A stretch of 35,549 nucleotides of DNA, from contig JAAOMT010000175.1 of the NCBI GenBank assembly GCA_016748015.1, positions 1 through 35,549 of the forward strand. The letters run 5' to 3'. Source of the stretch: Geosiphon pyriformis uo1 (lineage: Eukaryota; Fungi; Glomeromycota). Positions 9,629-22,422 of this stretch are shown here, one piece after another (the stretch's first letter is position 1; the number at the start of each line of letters is the position of its first letter). The notes beneath the pieces were generated by a model, which was not told the DNA's origin, ran no database searches, and worked only from the letters and a program-made list of their open reading frames with translations. The translations under genes were made by a program, and so were the position numbers.

Positions 9629-12285
9629 TTGTTTAAAAGTAATAAAAGAAAAAAAATTTATAATATATTCTTATTTTTCTACAAAGTTCTTTAATTAATG
9701 TACTAAAAAAAGCTCTTTATTTGTCAAATAAAAGTTTTTTGGAGTAGCCATAATAACAAATAATATTTTTATAAATAAAATTGGCTATTAAGACTGTTGT
9801 TTGATCTGGAGTAACTTTTGGTTCTACTCATTTTGTAAGATAATCAGTAGTTATAATAATATATCTGTTGTTATTAAAAGTTATTGTTAAAAGTCCAACA
9901 ATATTTATACCAATTCTGTCAAATGATTAACCAACAGAGATTGGATAAATGTCTTTTTTGCAATTGAGAGTTTTTTTTTCCACAGATATTACAGATTTTG
10001 ATGTATTTAGCAATGTTTTTTTTCAAAGTAGGCCAGTAATAATAAGTAAGAGTTTCTGAATTGCTTTTGTTTTTCCAAAGTGTTTATTTAATGAATCAAT
10101 ATGCATGTTATAGATTATAATTTCTTTTTTTTCAAATTTGATAACTCTTTGGAGACAGTTAAAATTTTTTTTATTTCTTTTGTAAAGTTGGTTTTAGTAA
10201 ATTAAATAGAAATTTAATTGTTTGTGCAAATGTTTTTTTTGTTGTTAAGTATAGTTCAATAAGTATTATTTTTTACTTGAAAATTTTATTAAGACAGAAT
10301 AGTTATCCAAGTTTATTATTGTGTTTGTTTAAAAAAAAGTTATTAATAATTAAGTTAGATTGATTTAAGAAGATTGTACTATTATTGAATGATAAGTTTA
10401 AAAAAGTGTCTGCATTTTAATAATAAACTTTTTTGCAATGTTGTATATTATAGTCAAATTTATCCAAATAGAATATTCAGCAAATTATTTGTTTGTGTTT
10501 CAGTTTTTTCTTATTATACAGTCAAACTAAGACTTGATAATCTGTTATTACTAAGAATTTTACACCAAAAAGATACTTACTTCAGTAGCTGGTAGATCAT
10601 ACTACTATTAAGCATTTTTGTTTAATTACCAAATAATTCTGTTCTGCTAAGAAGAGAAATCTGTTAGCATAAGTTATAGTATATTTTTTACTATCTTTAT
10701 TTTTCTAAAATATAATAGCACCAAATCCAAAGCCAGATGTATTAGTAAGAAGAATAAAAAGTTAATTCAGATTAGATTGTTTGAGAATTGGCTTAGTAAT
10801 TAGTTTTTTTTTTAAAGTTTTAAAAGCTTTTTGTTAATATATATTCCAATAATAATTAACAGTTTTTTTAAGTAGCTGAATAAATAAAAAAGCAATTTTG
10901 GAAAAATCTTTGACAAATTTGTAATAATAAGATGCTAAACCAAAAAAAAAACATGGTTTATAAATGTTTATTGATTGTTTAATGTTTTGGACTTTTTTAA
11001 TTTTGACTAAATCAGAGAAAATTTTATCTTTTATAATAAGATGTTCAAAAAACTGGGCAAATTAATATCCAAAAAAATATTTAATTAGGTTGATTTTAAG
11101 ACCAGTATTTTTAAAAAGATCAAAAATTTTTTGTAAATATTTAAGATATTTATTTTAGGTTTTTAAGTATATTATTATATTGTCTAAATAGATTAGAACA
11201 AAGTTTTTTTTACTAATTCAAATACTTTGTTTATTAAATATTAAAAAGTAGAAAGAGTATTGATGAGACCAAAAAATACAACTGTAAATTTATAGATATA
11301 TTATACTTGATAATAAAAGCAGTTTTTTTTTCTGCTTTCTGGATCTATCTTTATTTGCCAAAATTCAATAGTTAAATTAATGGTTAAAAAAAAAGCAGCA
11401 CCATTAAATTAATCCAATATTGTATTAATTTTGAGAAGTAAGTATATGTTTCTTTTGATTATGATATATAATTAGCAGTAGTTAATACAAAAGTATAGGA
11501 TTCTATCTTTTTTAAATATTACTACAACTGAAAATATTCATTTGTTTTTGGTTTCTTGTATAAATTCAAGGTTTTTTATTTGGTTTATTTCTTTTTTGAT
11601 AAATTTATTATTATAATAATTGAATTAATAAGACTTCAAATAGATAAAACAAGTTTTTTTGATAATAATAATATATTGTATTACATAAGTATATTTAGAG
11701 ATATTATTTTTTTTTGAAATAACTGGGCTATTTCTAATCAATAAATTTTTAATATCAATTTTTTTTTCTTCTGAAGAGAGTTCTCTTTGTTTTACTATTA
11801 ATAACAGTATTTTTGGTAATTTACTTTCAAAAAACTTCTGTATTTTTTTTATTTTTTCTCAAAATATTAAGCTAATTGTTTTTAATCTTTGTAATAAATT
11901 AGGCAGAATATGTATTTATTATTAAGAGAATATAATAATTTATTGTATCAGTATTAAGCATAAAAACTATGTTACTAATAACTGTATTTGGCTTTTTTGC
12001 TAACTTTTTATCAAAAATTTTTCTAAAAATATTATAATAGGGCCAACAAATTAGCTTGCCATTTACAATGCTTTTTTTTGTTAATTTTAATATTGTTTAA
12101 TAACTTGTTATTATTGGTAAAAATGATATAAGTGAATTTAGCAGTTTTTTTTTGTTCTTTTTCTTTATTACTTTTTTTATTATCTGATTTATCTGATTGT
12201 TTTTTTTCTTGGTTCTGCTTGAATACTAAAAAGTTGTCTAAAAGTAATACTTAATCACAATAGGCTTTTTATTATATTTGATAGT
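9629..12285 (-). pseudogene. pol: Family C Gypsy pol remnant: PR-RT spacer, RT, RNase H and integrase N-half
   Basis: - strand motifs: WQIKIDPESRKKTAFI (~11320-11360), VLIYLDN for YxDD (~11180-11200), FILLTNTSGFGFGAI for RNase H TDAS (~10715-10760), NADTF (~10400) and FDRIGINIVG for integrase (~9895-9925). Confidence 0.85.
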
Positions 12286-13482
12286 TAATTTACATGATCT
12301 ATTGCCTAGAATTTCGTGGATATAAAATGATTCATCCTATTTATGTTCAAATTTTCTACTCTATTGTTTTTCAGTCTTAGTTTTGTGTAAAAAAACTTTA
12401 TTTCCAACTTTAAATTTATTGGTAACTGGTGGCAATTTGTTGTCATGTCTTTCTTTTTATTGAACTTGAGAGTGTTTAATATAAATTGCTGCTATCTGTC
12501 TTTTTTCTTTCAAAGTATTAAAAAGAGTGTAGGTTCTTTTTTGAAGTGTTTTTTGAAAGTTTTCTTCATTGATTGGTTGTATTGGATATGTTTCTATTGT
12601 GAAATTAATTGGTAATGTTGCTGTCCTTTCATAAATCAGATCAAATGGTGTGTGTTTTGTAGTATCTTGTTTTAGTATTCTGTATGCTAGTAACACTGAT
12701 GAAATAAAAATATCCTATTTCTGCTCAAAATTAGTTGAAACTTTGGCTAAGGATTTACACAATGTTCTGTTAAAACGTTTTACAAGTCCATTTGTTTGGG
12801 GGTAATAATGTAATAATAGAGGTCTTTTGATATTGAATTGTTCACAAATTTTTTGTAATAAGTTGTTCACAAAATGTGTTTTTTGATTAGATAAAAGTTC
12901 AATTGAGCATCTATGTTTACAAATAATGTTTTTATAAATAAAATTTGCTACTAATTTTGCATTTGCTCTTTGGATGACTCTAGCTTTAGGCCATTTAGTA
13001 AGATAATCTACTGCAACTGCAATATAATGATTTACTTGGGTTGTGATAGATAATGGTCAGACTAAATTAATTCCAACTCTGTCAAAAGCTTGTCCAACTT
13101 TAATTGGATTTAAAAATTTTGTGGGGTGAGTTCTTTCTCTTCTTTGACAACTATTACAAAATTCTATATATTGTCAAATGTCTTTTTGCATGTAAGACCA
13201 AAAATAATGTTCAAAAATTTTTTGAATTGTTCTATTTCTTCCCAAGTGTACTGAAAAAGTATCTGTGTACATGTTGTATAAGATTGTTTCTTTTTCATGC
13301 TTTTGTATTAATCTAAGTAATTGGTTTGGATTTTTGCAATTTTTGTAATAAATTTTATTGTGGTGTATGAAATATTGTTTTGATTGGTATTTTAAATGAT
13401 GTTTTTTACTTGAAAACCAATTTTCTGGCATAGTAAAAGTCTTCAAATAGTTTTTGATATTGTTGTAATTGCTGGAATCCAT
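12285..13482 (-). pseudogene. Family B integrase (HHCC, DDE core, GPF region), decayed
   Basis: ORF fragments 13174-13482 and 12457-12696 match the 33787-34731 protein. Confidence 0.92.
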
Positions 13483-13536
13483 TATTGTTTGGTTATTTTG
13501 TTGATTTAATAAGTTGTGATAGTATTGCTGTTGGTA

Positions 13537-14900
13537 TTAATCTTGTCTCATTTTTAAAAGACTATCAACATTAGTGTGTAGTTTTTCTGGTTTGTAATGT
13601 ACAATATATTTGTAGTCTGCTAGGAAATTATTCTATTAAGACTGTTTGGCACTTTGTTCTGTTTTTTTTTATTAAACCATTTGAAACCAATATTGTCAGT
13701 TATAATATCAAATTTTTTTCTGTTTTTCAAGTATTGTTAAAAGTGTTTAAGAGTTCAAATGACTGCAGCAGCTTCTAATTCAGTTGAAACATATTTGAGT
13801 TCTGTTGGTTTGAGTGTTTTACTAGCATAGGCAATAACTTGTTCTTGGTTATTTTCATCCAATTGTAATAGAATGGCACAAATGCTATGTGTAAAGCATT
13901 AGTGGCTAGTTGGAATCATTTGTTGAAGTTTGGATAAGCAAGAATTGGAGCTGTTGTCAATTTTGTTTTGAGAGTTTCAAAAGCTTTTTGTTGTTCTTTA
14001 ATCCATTTGTATAACACATTTTTGTTGGTAAGATAATTGAGTGGTTTGGCAATTTCTGAAAATTTTTTGATGAATTTCCAATAGTAAGAGAATAATCTTA
14101 CAAATCCTCATAGTTCTGTGGTGTTTTTGGGAGTTTAAAAGTTTTTAATAGCACTGATTGTTTCAGGGTTTGGTTTGACTCCATCTTTGTTAACAATATG
14201 TCCAAAAAAAATTAAACTTGTTTTTTCAAAGTGATATTTCTCAATGTTTAACTTCAATCCTGCTTTTCATAATCATTGAAAAACTTCTCACAGATAAATA
14301 AAGTAGGCTTCAAAGCTTGGTGAGTATACATTAGTGTTATTAAGATAGACAACTACTGATTGCCATAAAAGTTTTTCATATACAACATCCATAAGTTACT
14401 GGAATGTTGCTGGTGCATTACAGAATCCAAAAAGCATAACATTGAATTTGTAGTTTTCTCTTTGGATGGTAAATGCTGTTTTGGGTCGATCTTTTAAGTC
14501 CATTTCGACTTGCCAGTATTCATTTTTTAAGTTTAAAGTTAAGAAAAACTTAGCTTTTTCTAGAGTATCTAGCATGTTATCAATTCTTGAAAGAGTGTAG
14601 GCATCTCTAATTGTGACACTATTCAGTTGTTGATAATCAACACAAAATCTGATTTTTCTGTTTTTTTTTTAACTAAAACTACTGGTAAGGCCTATAGATT
14701 TCTTGATAATTGAATCAATTCATTATTGAGCATTCTTTGGATCTCTTCTTTAATGAATTGGTGGCTGGCAGGTGGTACTCAATAAGTTTGTTATTATTTT
14801 GGTGAAACATCTTTTGTGTTGATCTAATGTTGGACAATATCAGTTTTTCCAAAATTATTGTTGTCTTTTGCAAATATATCAGCAAATTCAGCTATTAACT
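13537..14900 (-). pseudogene. pol: Family B reverse transcriptase and RNase H, decayed
   Basis: - strand reads IRFCVDYQQLN, YWQVEMDLKDRPKTAFT, FCNAPATF, VYLNN and VIAYASKTL, and ends NVDSLLKMRQD*. Confidence 0.92.
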
Positions 14901-15379
14901 GTTTTAGTTGTCTTTGTTGTTAAGATTCCAAGAGACCTATGTTAATTTGAGATAGTTTTTCCTTCAAAAAGTGGTAGTTTTCAGTAGTAACAATAATATT
15001 TGAATTTAAAAATAGTATATGTCTTACAATTTTAATGAAATTGCTGACTATTTGAGGGTTTTTATCTTAAAAGATATTGCTATGTATGATTCCAATTTCT
15101 AATTTGTTTAATAAAACAATGAGGTAGTTGTTGGGATTGTAGAAAGTAACTCGAAATTTTTTCATTTTTTTTTGGTATGTAGACATTTGAAATTGAAATT
15201 TCATGTTTTGAACAAATTTGTTCATTAGATTCAAAAATTTGTTGGATAGTAGTAGGTTTTAAGCAAGTGTAGATTTCGTAATGTTTTCCAAAAGGTGAAA
15301 TGGTAATTGGTTAAGGAAGTTGAAAAATTTGGTGAAATTCACTTTGTGCATTGAAAGCTATGTTTACTGAAACTGTAAA

Positions 15380-15820
15380 TTGTTCAGTTGAACCAAAATC
15401 TTAAGTTTTTTTTTCACTTTTTTTTAATTGGTCTCTTTTGTTAACTGGTTATAAATCTGAAATGTTGATTAAGGATAGATAAATAGCTTGAGCAATTTTC
15501 TTTGCATGTTTAATCTTAAATAATTTGTTAGTTTCATTCTGTAGTATGATTGTAATGTCTCCAGTATATCCTGCATCTATAATTCCTTCTCTGATATTGA
15601 TTTTTTTGCTTGCTAATGATAATCTGGATGCAATTTGAACTATTGCTTCTGGTGGTATTTTAAAAACAATTCTAAAGTTGATTTTTGTTAAAGATTTTGG
15701 TTGGAGGACCAAGATATCTTTTCCTGAGTATTGTAAATTATATTTAGTATCTATATTGTGAGCTTTTTCTGGTTTGATTTTTTGACCATTATTATTGAAA
15801 TATTTGAATTGCAAAGCTGG
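15380..15820 (-). pseudogene. dut: Family B dUTPase, decayed
   Basis: ASRLSLASK, EGIIDAGYTGDI, IAQAI and decayed motif V (*DFGSTE) at ~15385-15405. Confidence 0.92.
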
Positions 15821-16799
15821 TTAATTCTTAGTGAAATAGATAGAAGTTGTTGCAATTTCTTCTTTAATTTATGTTCTTCTAACTCAATTTTCTCCTGGTC
15901 ATTTTCACTGGACAAGAGAATGCTAAAAGCATTACATTCTGAACACTATTTGTCATCACAAAGCATGATGTATTCTTCACACAATTGAATGTTCATTTGC
16001 TTTAATTGTTAAATTTAAGCTTTTTGGATTGGGTAAGTGTGGTTTGCAATTTGGTAATATGTTTCTACTTTATTTTCATAGTTAAATTCAGCTAATTCCA
16101 TAGTGTATTCAATGTATTCAGCTTTTTTTATTTGGTGGACATCCTTTTGTGTGGCTCTATTAATTAAAGTCATTGCTAAATCAAAGATTATTTCAGCATC
16201 ATAAGAATAGTGGTAAAGTTTGTTGAGAGCATTGTTGTATGCTACATCAAAAAGTGTTTTTTTTCTAACTTTTTCCGAAATTAATAAGACATATTGACAG
16301 GTTTGATTACATACTTCTCCTTTTATTACAACATTAATTCAATTGCATTCTTCTGGTAGCATATCTCCACATGTAAAACAAGGAGTGTTATCCCATTTTC
16401 CACTTTATTTAAAATATCCAAATCGTTTTTTATGACATGCTTTACAATAATAAAAGATGTGAGTTTTATATTCCTCTTTTAAAGAAATACATGCTCTTAT
16501 TGATGAAAGTTTTTTCTTGTAATTTTTGCATTTAAGTGGAATGTAAAGTGGTTATTTCCATAGTTCTGGTGTAGAATATCTAACTACATTCTATTCTCTG
16601 ATTTCTTCAAAGCTTTCTTGCTCTGTTTCCTCAGTCCAATTGAATGTTAATCCAAGAGCCATAAAGGTTTTAGTGATTGGTAGTTTTTTTTTTTTTTTAA
16701 ATTTGAATACTAAGGTTTTTTCAAATTTTTTATTAAAAGTACCACAGGTGACAGATACTTTGGTGTATTGTCCTTGGTATGAAATTTTTAGTTCTTGGG

Positions 16800-17170
16800 T
16801 TTCTTAATTTAAATTTGCATTGGCCTTAAGAAGCCAATCATTTCCAACAAAAGCTTGATATTAATGAGCATCTATGACTAAAGCTTTGACTGAAATAGTA
16901 ATTCTATCAATAGTGAATGAGAAGTTGTCAATTTCTCCTACTGGTGTTTTTTTTATACCATCTGCTATAACAATTACTATTTGGACTGGTATGTTAACAT
17001 TTTGATTAAGTTGTTGCATTAATTGGTAGGTAATAATAGTTCTAGCTAATTTACTATCTAAAATTAACTGAATTGGTTTTTCTTTAACTTTAGTTTTAGT
17101 ATATATTGCTGTAATTGCTTTTTGTTTATTAACTGCTGTATTGCTAAACAAAAATGGTGATTTATTTGCT
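16800..17170 (-). pseudogene. Family B aspartic protease, decayed
   Basis: PIQLILDSKLARTII...KKTPVGEIDNF...LVGNDWL. Confidence 0.9.
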
Positions 17171-17689
17171 TCAAATTCAAATAAAAATATATCTAAGAGG
17201 TTGGCATTTTGGGCAATTTGGACTGGTGGAATAGTATTATTAGAAAGGTTTGATCTTAGTGCTGTAGTTTCATCTTCAAAAAATGCAGTTTGCTGAAAAT
17301 TTGATTCTTCTGGCATTGTGAGATAACTGAGTTGAGTGTGGTATTGATTGGGTTTTTGCTGGCCAGAATTTTGGGAAACCAACTGGTTGTTTGAATTGAT
17401 TCTGTTGTTATTATTCTAGAATTGATTTTAAGGTGTAAATTGGTTTTGGTAAACCAATTTTCACACAGGTATTTGATATTGTTAAGTGGATGGTATTTGA
17501 TATTGCTGAATTGATAAGGGTTGCTGATATTGTTGCTGCATTGGTTGTAAAGCAGATTGATAGTAATTGTTCTTATTTTGTGGTCTTGGTAAGTAATAAA
17601 TTGATAGTAGAGATTGATAATAAGATTGTTATAGTGGAAGATAATATTGATTACTCCTGTTTTGTTAGTCTTTTTGTATCTTTCTACAA

Positions 17690-19170
17690 TCTTGTTTCCA
17701 ATGTCCTAAAATTTCACAATAATAACAGCTTTGTGGTTAATTGTTAGATAATAAAGGGTAATTGTTTTGATTTTGTTGTTGGAGTAGCTAATATCTTTAT
17801 AGTTGTTGCTATTGTTATTGATTGGTAAAATAATTTTCAATCTTTTTTGTGAATTGTTCAATTTTTTTTTCAGCTGTTGAGCTGGTTCCTTCAATTACAA
17901 GGTTTACAAGCTTGGTGTGATTTGCTTTTTCTATTGTCATTTTATAGTTTTTTGCATGTCTAATGGTAGTTGCTAAGTCTGCTGGAGCATGTGAGCAAAC
18001 TTTCTTAATCAATTTGTCTTTTAATCCTGTTATAAACTGATCCAGAATCTGGGCATTAGAATAGTAGTTATTGGTTTCCAATTGTCAAATTCATCTAAGA
18101 AGTTTATTAAATCTTCCAAGATATGTTATAACAGTTTTGGATGTTTCTTGCTTAATATTGTGAAAACAGTTTTGGAGAGTAATAGAGATATTGTTGTCAG
18201 TGAATTGTTGTAGGAAAGCATTTTTAAATGCTTGCCAGTTTTCAAAGAGTTTTTCTAGGTTTTCAAACCATTTTCCTGCTATTCCTTGAAGAAAATATGG
18301 GATTGCTTTAAGCATTTTTGCTGCATTCTATCTATTGGCATCTCTTGCTTTCTGGATTTTGTCAAGTCATTCTTAAGAACTAGTATTATTATCTTTACTA
18401 GTGAATTTTGGAATTTTTGCAATATAAGCAGTTGCCATTTCTTCTTCATTTTCTGAGGTTTTTTCTTGGTTTGCTTCAGTTTTTTCACTTTCTAAGTCTT
18501 CTAAATAATCACTTTGATTTTTTTCTAAGTATTTAAGAATATTAGTGCTGGTTAATATTGGTTCTTGCTGTTGAGTAGGACTTTTAAGTAACTGAAAATC
18601 TTCTGGTCTGAAGAAACAGATAAGTAGTGAATTTGGTGTTTGTAGTTAAGCAAATGAAATTGGAAATGGGATGATTAAGAGTGGAAGTTTGGTGCTGGTT
18701 TTTTGTTCTGGAGTTTGTAAGTGTTTGGAAGTTATTTTTGGTGTTTTTGGAGTGTTTGAAGTCGTTTTTGAGTATTGTTTTGCTTTTTTTTTGCTTTTGT
18801 TGCTTGTTTCTGGTTCTAATTTAAAGTTAACAAAGTATTTAGATTGTACTGGATATTTTTCTTCACAATACTGAATAATGTTAAAATTAAGCTCTTGAAA
18901 GTAAGTGGCAAGTGTTTCACTGTTAAGGTCTTCAATTTCCAATTGTAAATAGTATAATAAATTGTTGTAAAAGTTGTTTCTAACTTCTAAAATGTTGTAA
19001 TTTCCAAAAAGATAATTGTTAATGCAATTTTCAATGTACTAATAAAATGTTCTCTTAACAATTTCAATTCTGTCTGGAATGTTGAATCTCTGCTTACAGT
19101 GAGTGTAAATTGACTGATAATACTCTAGAGTTGTTATGTCTAGTATAGTCACTACTTTGAAGTTGTTATT
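17690..19170 (-). pseudogene. gag: Family B N-terminal domain, gag core and zinc knuckle, decayed
   Basis: ORF fragments 18091-18315, 17815-18081 and 18646-18942 match the + copy (AIPYFLQG, QILDQFITGLKDKLIKK). Confidence 0.9.
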
Positions 19171-19200
19171 GCTGTGTTATTTCTGTAAAAGAGCACCAAA

Positions 19201-20147
19201 TGTTACCAGAGATTTTTGGTCTCTTTTTTTAAATGTTGTTGATGTTTGTTTTGTTGTAAATTCACGTTTTTTGAATTTATCTTCAAATTATAGAGATAAT
19301 TTGAACTGCTAGGCTTATAAGTAGAATGACCAATTTTGTGCCAGTTACTTTGTGTAGTTACATTGTAGTAAATATCAATTCTTTCTCAGAAATTGCTCAT
19401 CTAGAAGCTCACTAAAAATGTGTAATTACTTTTGCTGTAAAAGTCAACTCTTCTACAGAAATCTTGTCTGTAGGCTACCCAAATAATTATAATAAGAAAA
19501 TAAAAAAAAAATAAAAAAAATGTAAAAAAAATAGAATTTTGTCAAGAAAAACGTTTTCTATCCAGGTCTGAAGTTACTAACAGATTACTGAAATTGGTAG
19601 CTAATCAATTTCAAAACGTTAGTTGTGTTGAGAAAATTTCAAGTGTAATAATTTAAAAATTTGGTTTTTAAATATTTTAATTTTTATTGGATTTTGTAAA
19701 ATGTGATTTGTTCTAATTAAGATATTTAAAGTAAGATACTATGATAAGATATGGGAAGATATCTTTTTCTTGAAGAGAGAAGTTTTTCTTTTATACAATT
19801 TGTTGTAGTACTAGTCTTTGAACTTGCATTTTTCTTTTTGCTACAATTTTGGGTAAACTAAAGATACATTTTGGCAAACTACAAGTTATTTTACTGAACT
19901 ATTAATTATTTCGGCCAATTTTTATTAATTTCGGCGAATTTTAACTATGTTACATGGTTCAGGGTATTGTGTAATTTGATTATCTTAATTTCTATGATAC
20001 AAATCAAGTTATTGGTTAAATGATGATAATTGCTAATTTGATTAAATAATAAATAATAATTGAAATGATAATTATATATGCTAATTAATAATAGAAATTA
20101 TGAAGATAATTTCATGTTAATTAATAGCTAAAATTTTACTAATAACA
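19201..20147 (-). repeat. 5' LTR of the - strand family B element
   Basis: TGTTACC...AATAACA termini. Reverse complement of 27116-28095. PBS GAGCACCAAA at 19191-19200. Confidence 0.92.
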
Positions 20148-21230
20148 CTGACAATAAACATGCTGATGCATTTGCAAAAACTGTCTCTTTCTCTAATTGA
20201 TACCTTTTTTATTAGATTAATAAATGTCATATTAAGGTTGATGGTGACATTGTTTCTAATAATTCTAGATATTTTGTTTGTAATGTTTTCTGTTCTATCT
20301 ATTATATGTGCTGAAAGATTAGTTCTGGTTCTCAGATTGTGGCAAACAATTTGTGTATAGATGTTAATTGGTTTAGATCTTCTTTGGTATAACACTTTAA
20401 TTCTCACTTGGCTGCTGGTTTTACTAGTAGATATACTGCTGATGTTTACATGTATTTTATGAAGACTTTATATCACTGGCTTCCTGTCACTGTTTACAAA
20501 CATTTGTATGACAAGTATTATTCCAGTATGGTGTGTTTGTTTTGTGAAGATATTGAGATTTTGAACCATGTTTTTCCTTGTTCATTTGATTTTGCTGCTT
20601 ATACCCAGTTATTTGACACCTATACAGCTTATTGGAGGATGCTTTCTGGTCTTTTTTGTTCTTTTTCTTGTGTAATGCAGTTATTGTTTTTCTGTGTTTC
20701 TAACATTTCAGTGTATGTAGCTCTGTATAAGAGTTTTGTTTTTAATAATTAGTACTGAAAGTCTCTTTCTGTTTTTAAGAATTCTAAAGTTGCAGGCCAA
20801 AAAATTGTGAACTTTGTGTGTAAGTTTTGCTTTGTGTTCCAAGATGAAATATGATTGGCCCATACTAAATACTGGGCTTTTATGGAAAAAAATAGACTGA
20901 TTCCACATGATAAGTCTATTTTTGTTTTGATTGCTGGGCTTTTTTCAGTGCTTTTGGCTGGTATAATTAAATTATTAAGTATTGCTGAAGCTTTTGGATT
21001 TGGTTTTGGTCTACATAAACCTTGTTTGTTTTTTTTGAATATAGATAACTTAGTTTTGGTTTATATAAGTGCTTAGTGTTGTCCTGATTAGCTTAAGTAG
21101 CTAATTACATGTAAAAAGTACATGATTCACACCTAATTTAGATCACTTATATATGATCTATTATATTAGACAGTATTTGGATCTTACTTGTTAAATATTA
21201 ATAAAATAATAATAATAATAATAATAATAA
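20148..21230 (+). mobile_element. 3' fragment of a LINE (end of RNase H, CCHC finger, 3' UTR, (AAT)n tail)
   Basis: Begins DNKHADAFA (the GNExAD RNase H motif) and contains CLFCEDIEILNHVFPC. Its 3' UTR end TTTGGATCTTACTTGTTAAA matches the - copy at 22434-22453. Confidence 0.9.
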
Positions 21231-22422
21231 TTTTTTTTAAAACAAATTTTTATTTTTATTAATTATAACCAAAATAAAAAGTAAAAAAAGTTGTAAATAT
21301 TATTTTTTTATAATAACCAATAAAGTTTTAATAATAAAAACTATTTTTAATAGTTTTTAAAGTATTTTTTATTTTTAATTAGTAATTTTTTTTCAGTTAA
21401 ATTTTTTTTAAAAAACACATTAAAATTAATTTAATATTGTTTTTACTTATTTTAAAAGTTCTAAAATGTTTAATAATAGATTAATTAATAAGTTGATCTT
21501 TCTTATTTTTAATATAAGCAACAATAATATTAACATATTTTTTAAGATAAACCAAAAACAACTACTAATTTTTTTGTTAAATATAATGTTTTTTAATAAA
21601 TTATTAACAATTCTAAAAACAAAACAAAATATGTTTTTAATTAATTAACTTATTTATTTAATTTTAAAAATTAATAGAAATTAAATTAACTGTTTTTTTT
21701 TGGTTTTTAATATTGTTTTTAGTAATGTTTAAAAAACAATTTTTAATTATCAAAAAATTTTTAAATAAGTAATTTTTACTTTGGTGTTTAATACTATATT
21801 TAAAATAAAATTGGTTTATATTAATTTTTTGTTTTATTGCTATTTGGTTTTATTGAAATTAAATCTGTTTTTAAAAAACAATATTAAGTTGTTTTAGAGT
21901 TTTAATGTTTGGTTTAATTTGGTTTAAATTTAATTAAATTATTAAATTAAACCAAATTTGAACAAAAATTTTGGCTAAATTTTAAACTTAAACTTAAATT
22001 AAAATTAAAATTATTAAATTTAAACTAAACTTAAATTCAAACAACAAGTTCAGTTTAAATTTAGTTTAAAGTTTATAAATATATTCAGATTTAATTATTA
22101 AAAATTGTGTTATATTATTAATTAATTTTTTTTAATAATTTTTATATTTTTAATTAAAAACACTATGCTATTTTTATAGTTTTAGGCATTAAACAAAACT
22201 TTATATTTGCAATTATATTTTTATTTGTAAAAAAATATTCAAAAACAATAAATAATTTTTAAATTGCTAAGTAATTACAGGTTATATATATAAAATAAAA
22301 AAATTGTGTTTAATATATTTAAATTTTAAATACAGTTTCTTTATATTAAAAAAATTTATATAATTAGACTTTTATAAAAAAACATAATTGGAACATGCAA
22401 ATTATGTTTTATTTTAAAGGTA

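Larger units (their letters stand above)
12285..20147 (-). mobile_element. Family B Ty3/Gypsy element carrying dUTPase; 3'-truncated, many stops and frameshifts
   Basis: Collinear reverse-complement homology to 27116-~34985: LTR, PBS, gag, PR, Cys-rich domain, dUTPase, RT, RNase H and integrase. Confidence 0.95.

Noticed and set aside
21466-21648. 60-aa ORF in the AT-rich spacer
   Set aside because: Its N/K/I/L/F-dominated composition is expected from near-pure AT DNA, and it has no motif.
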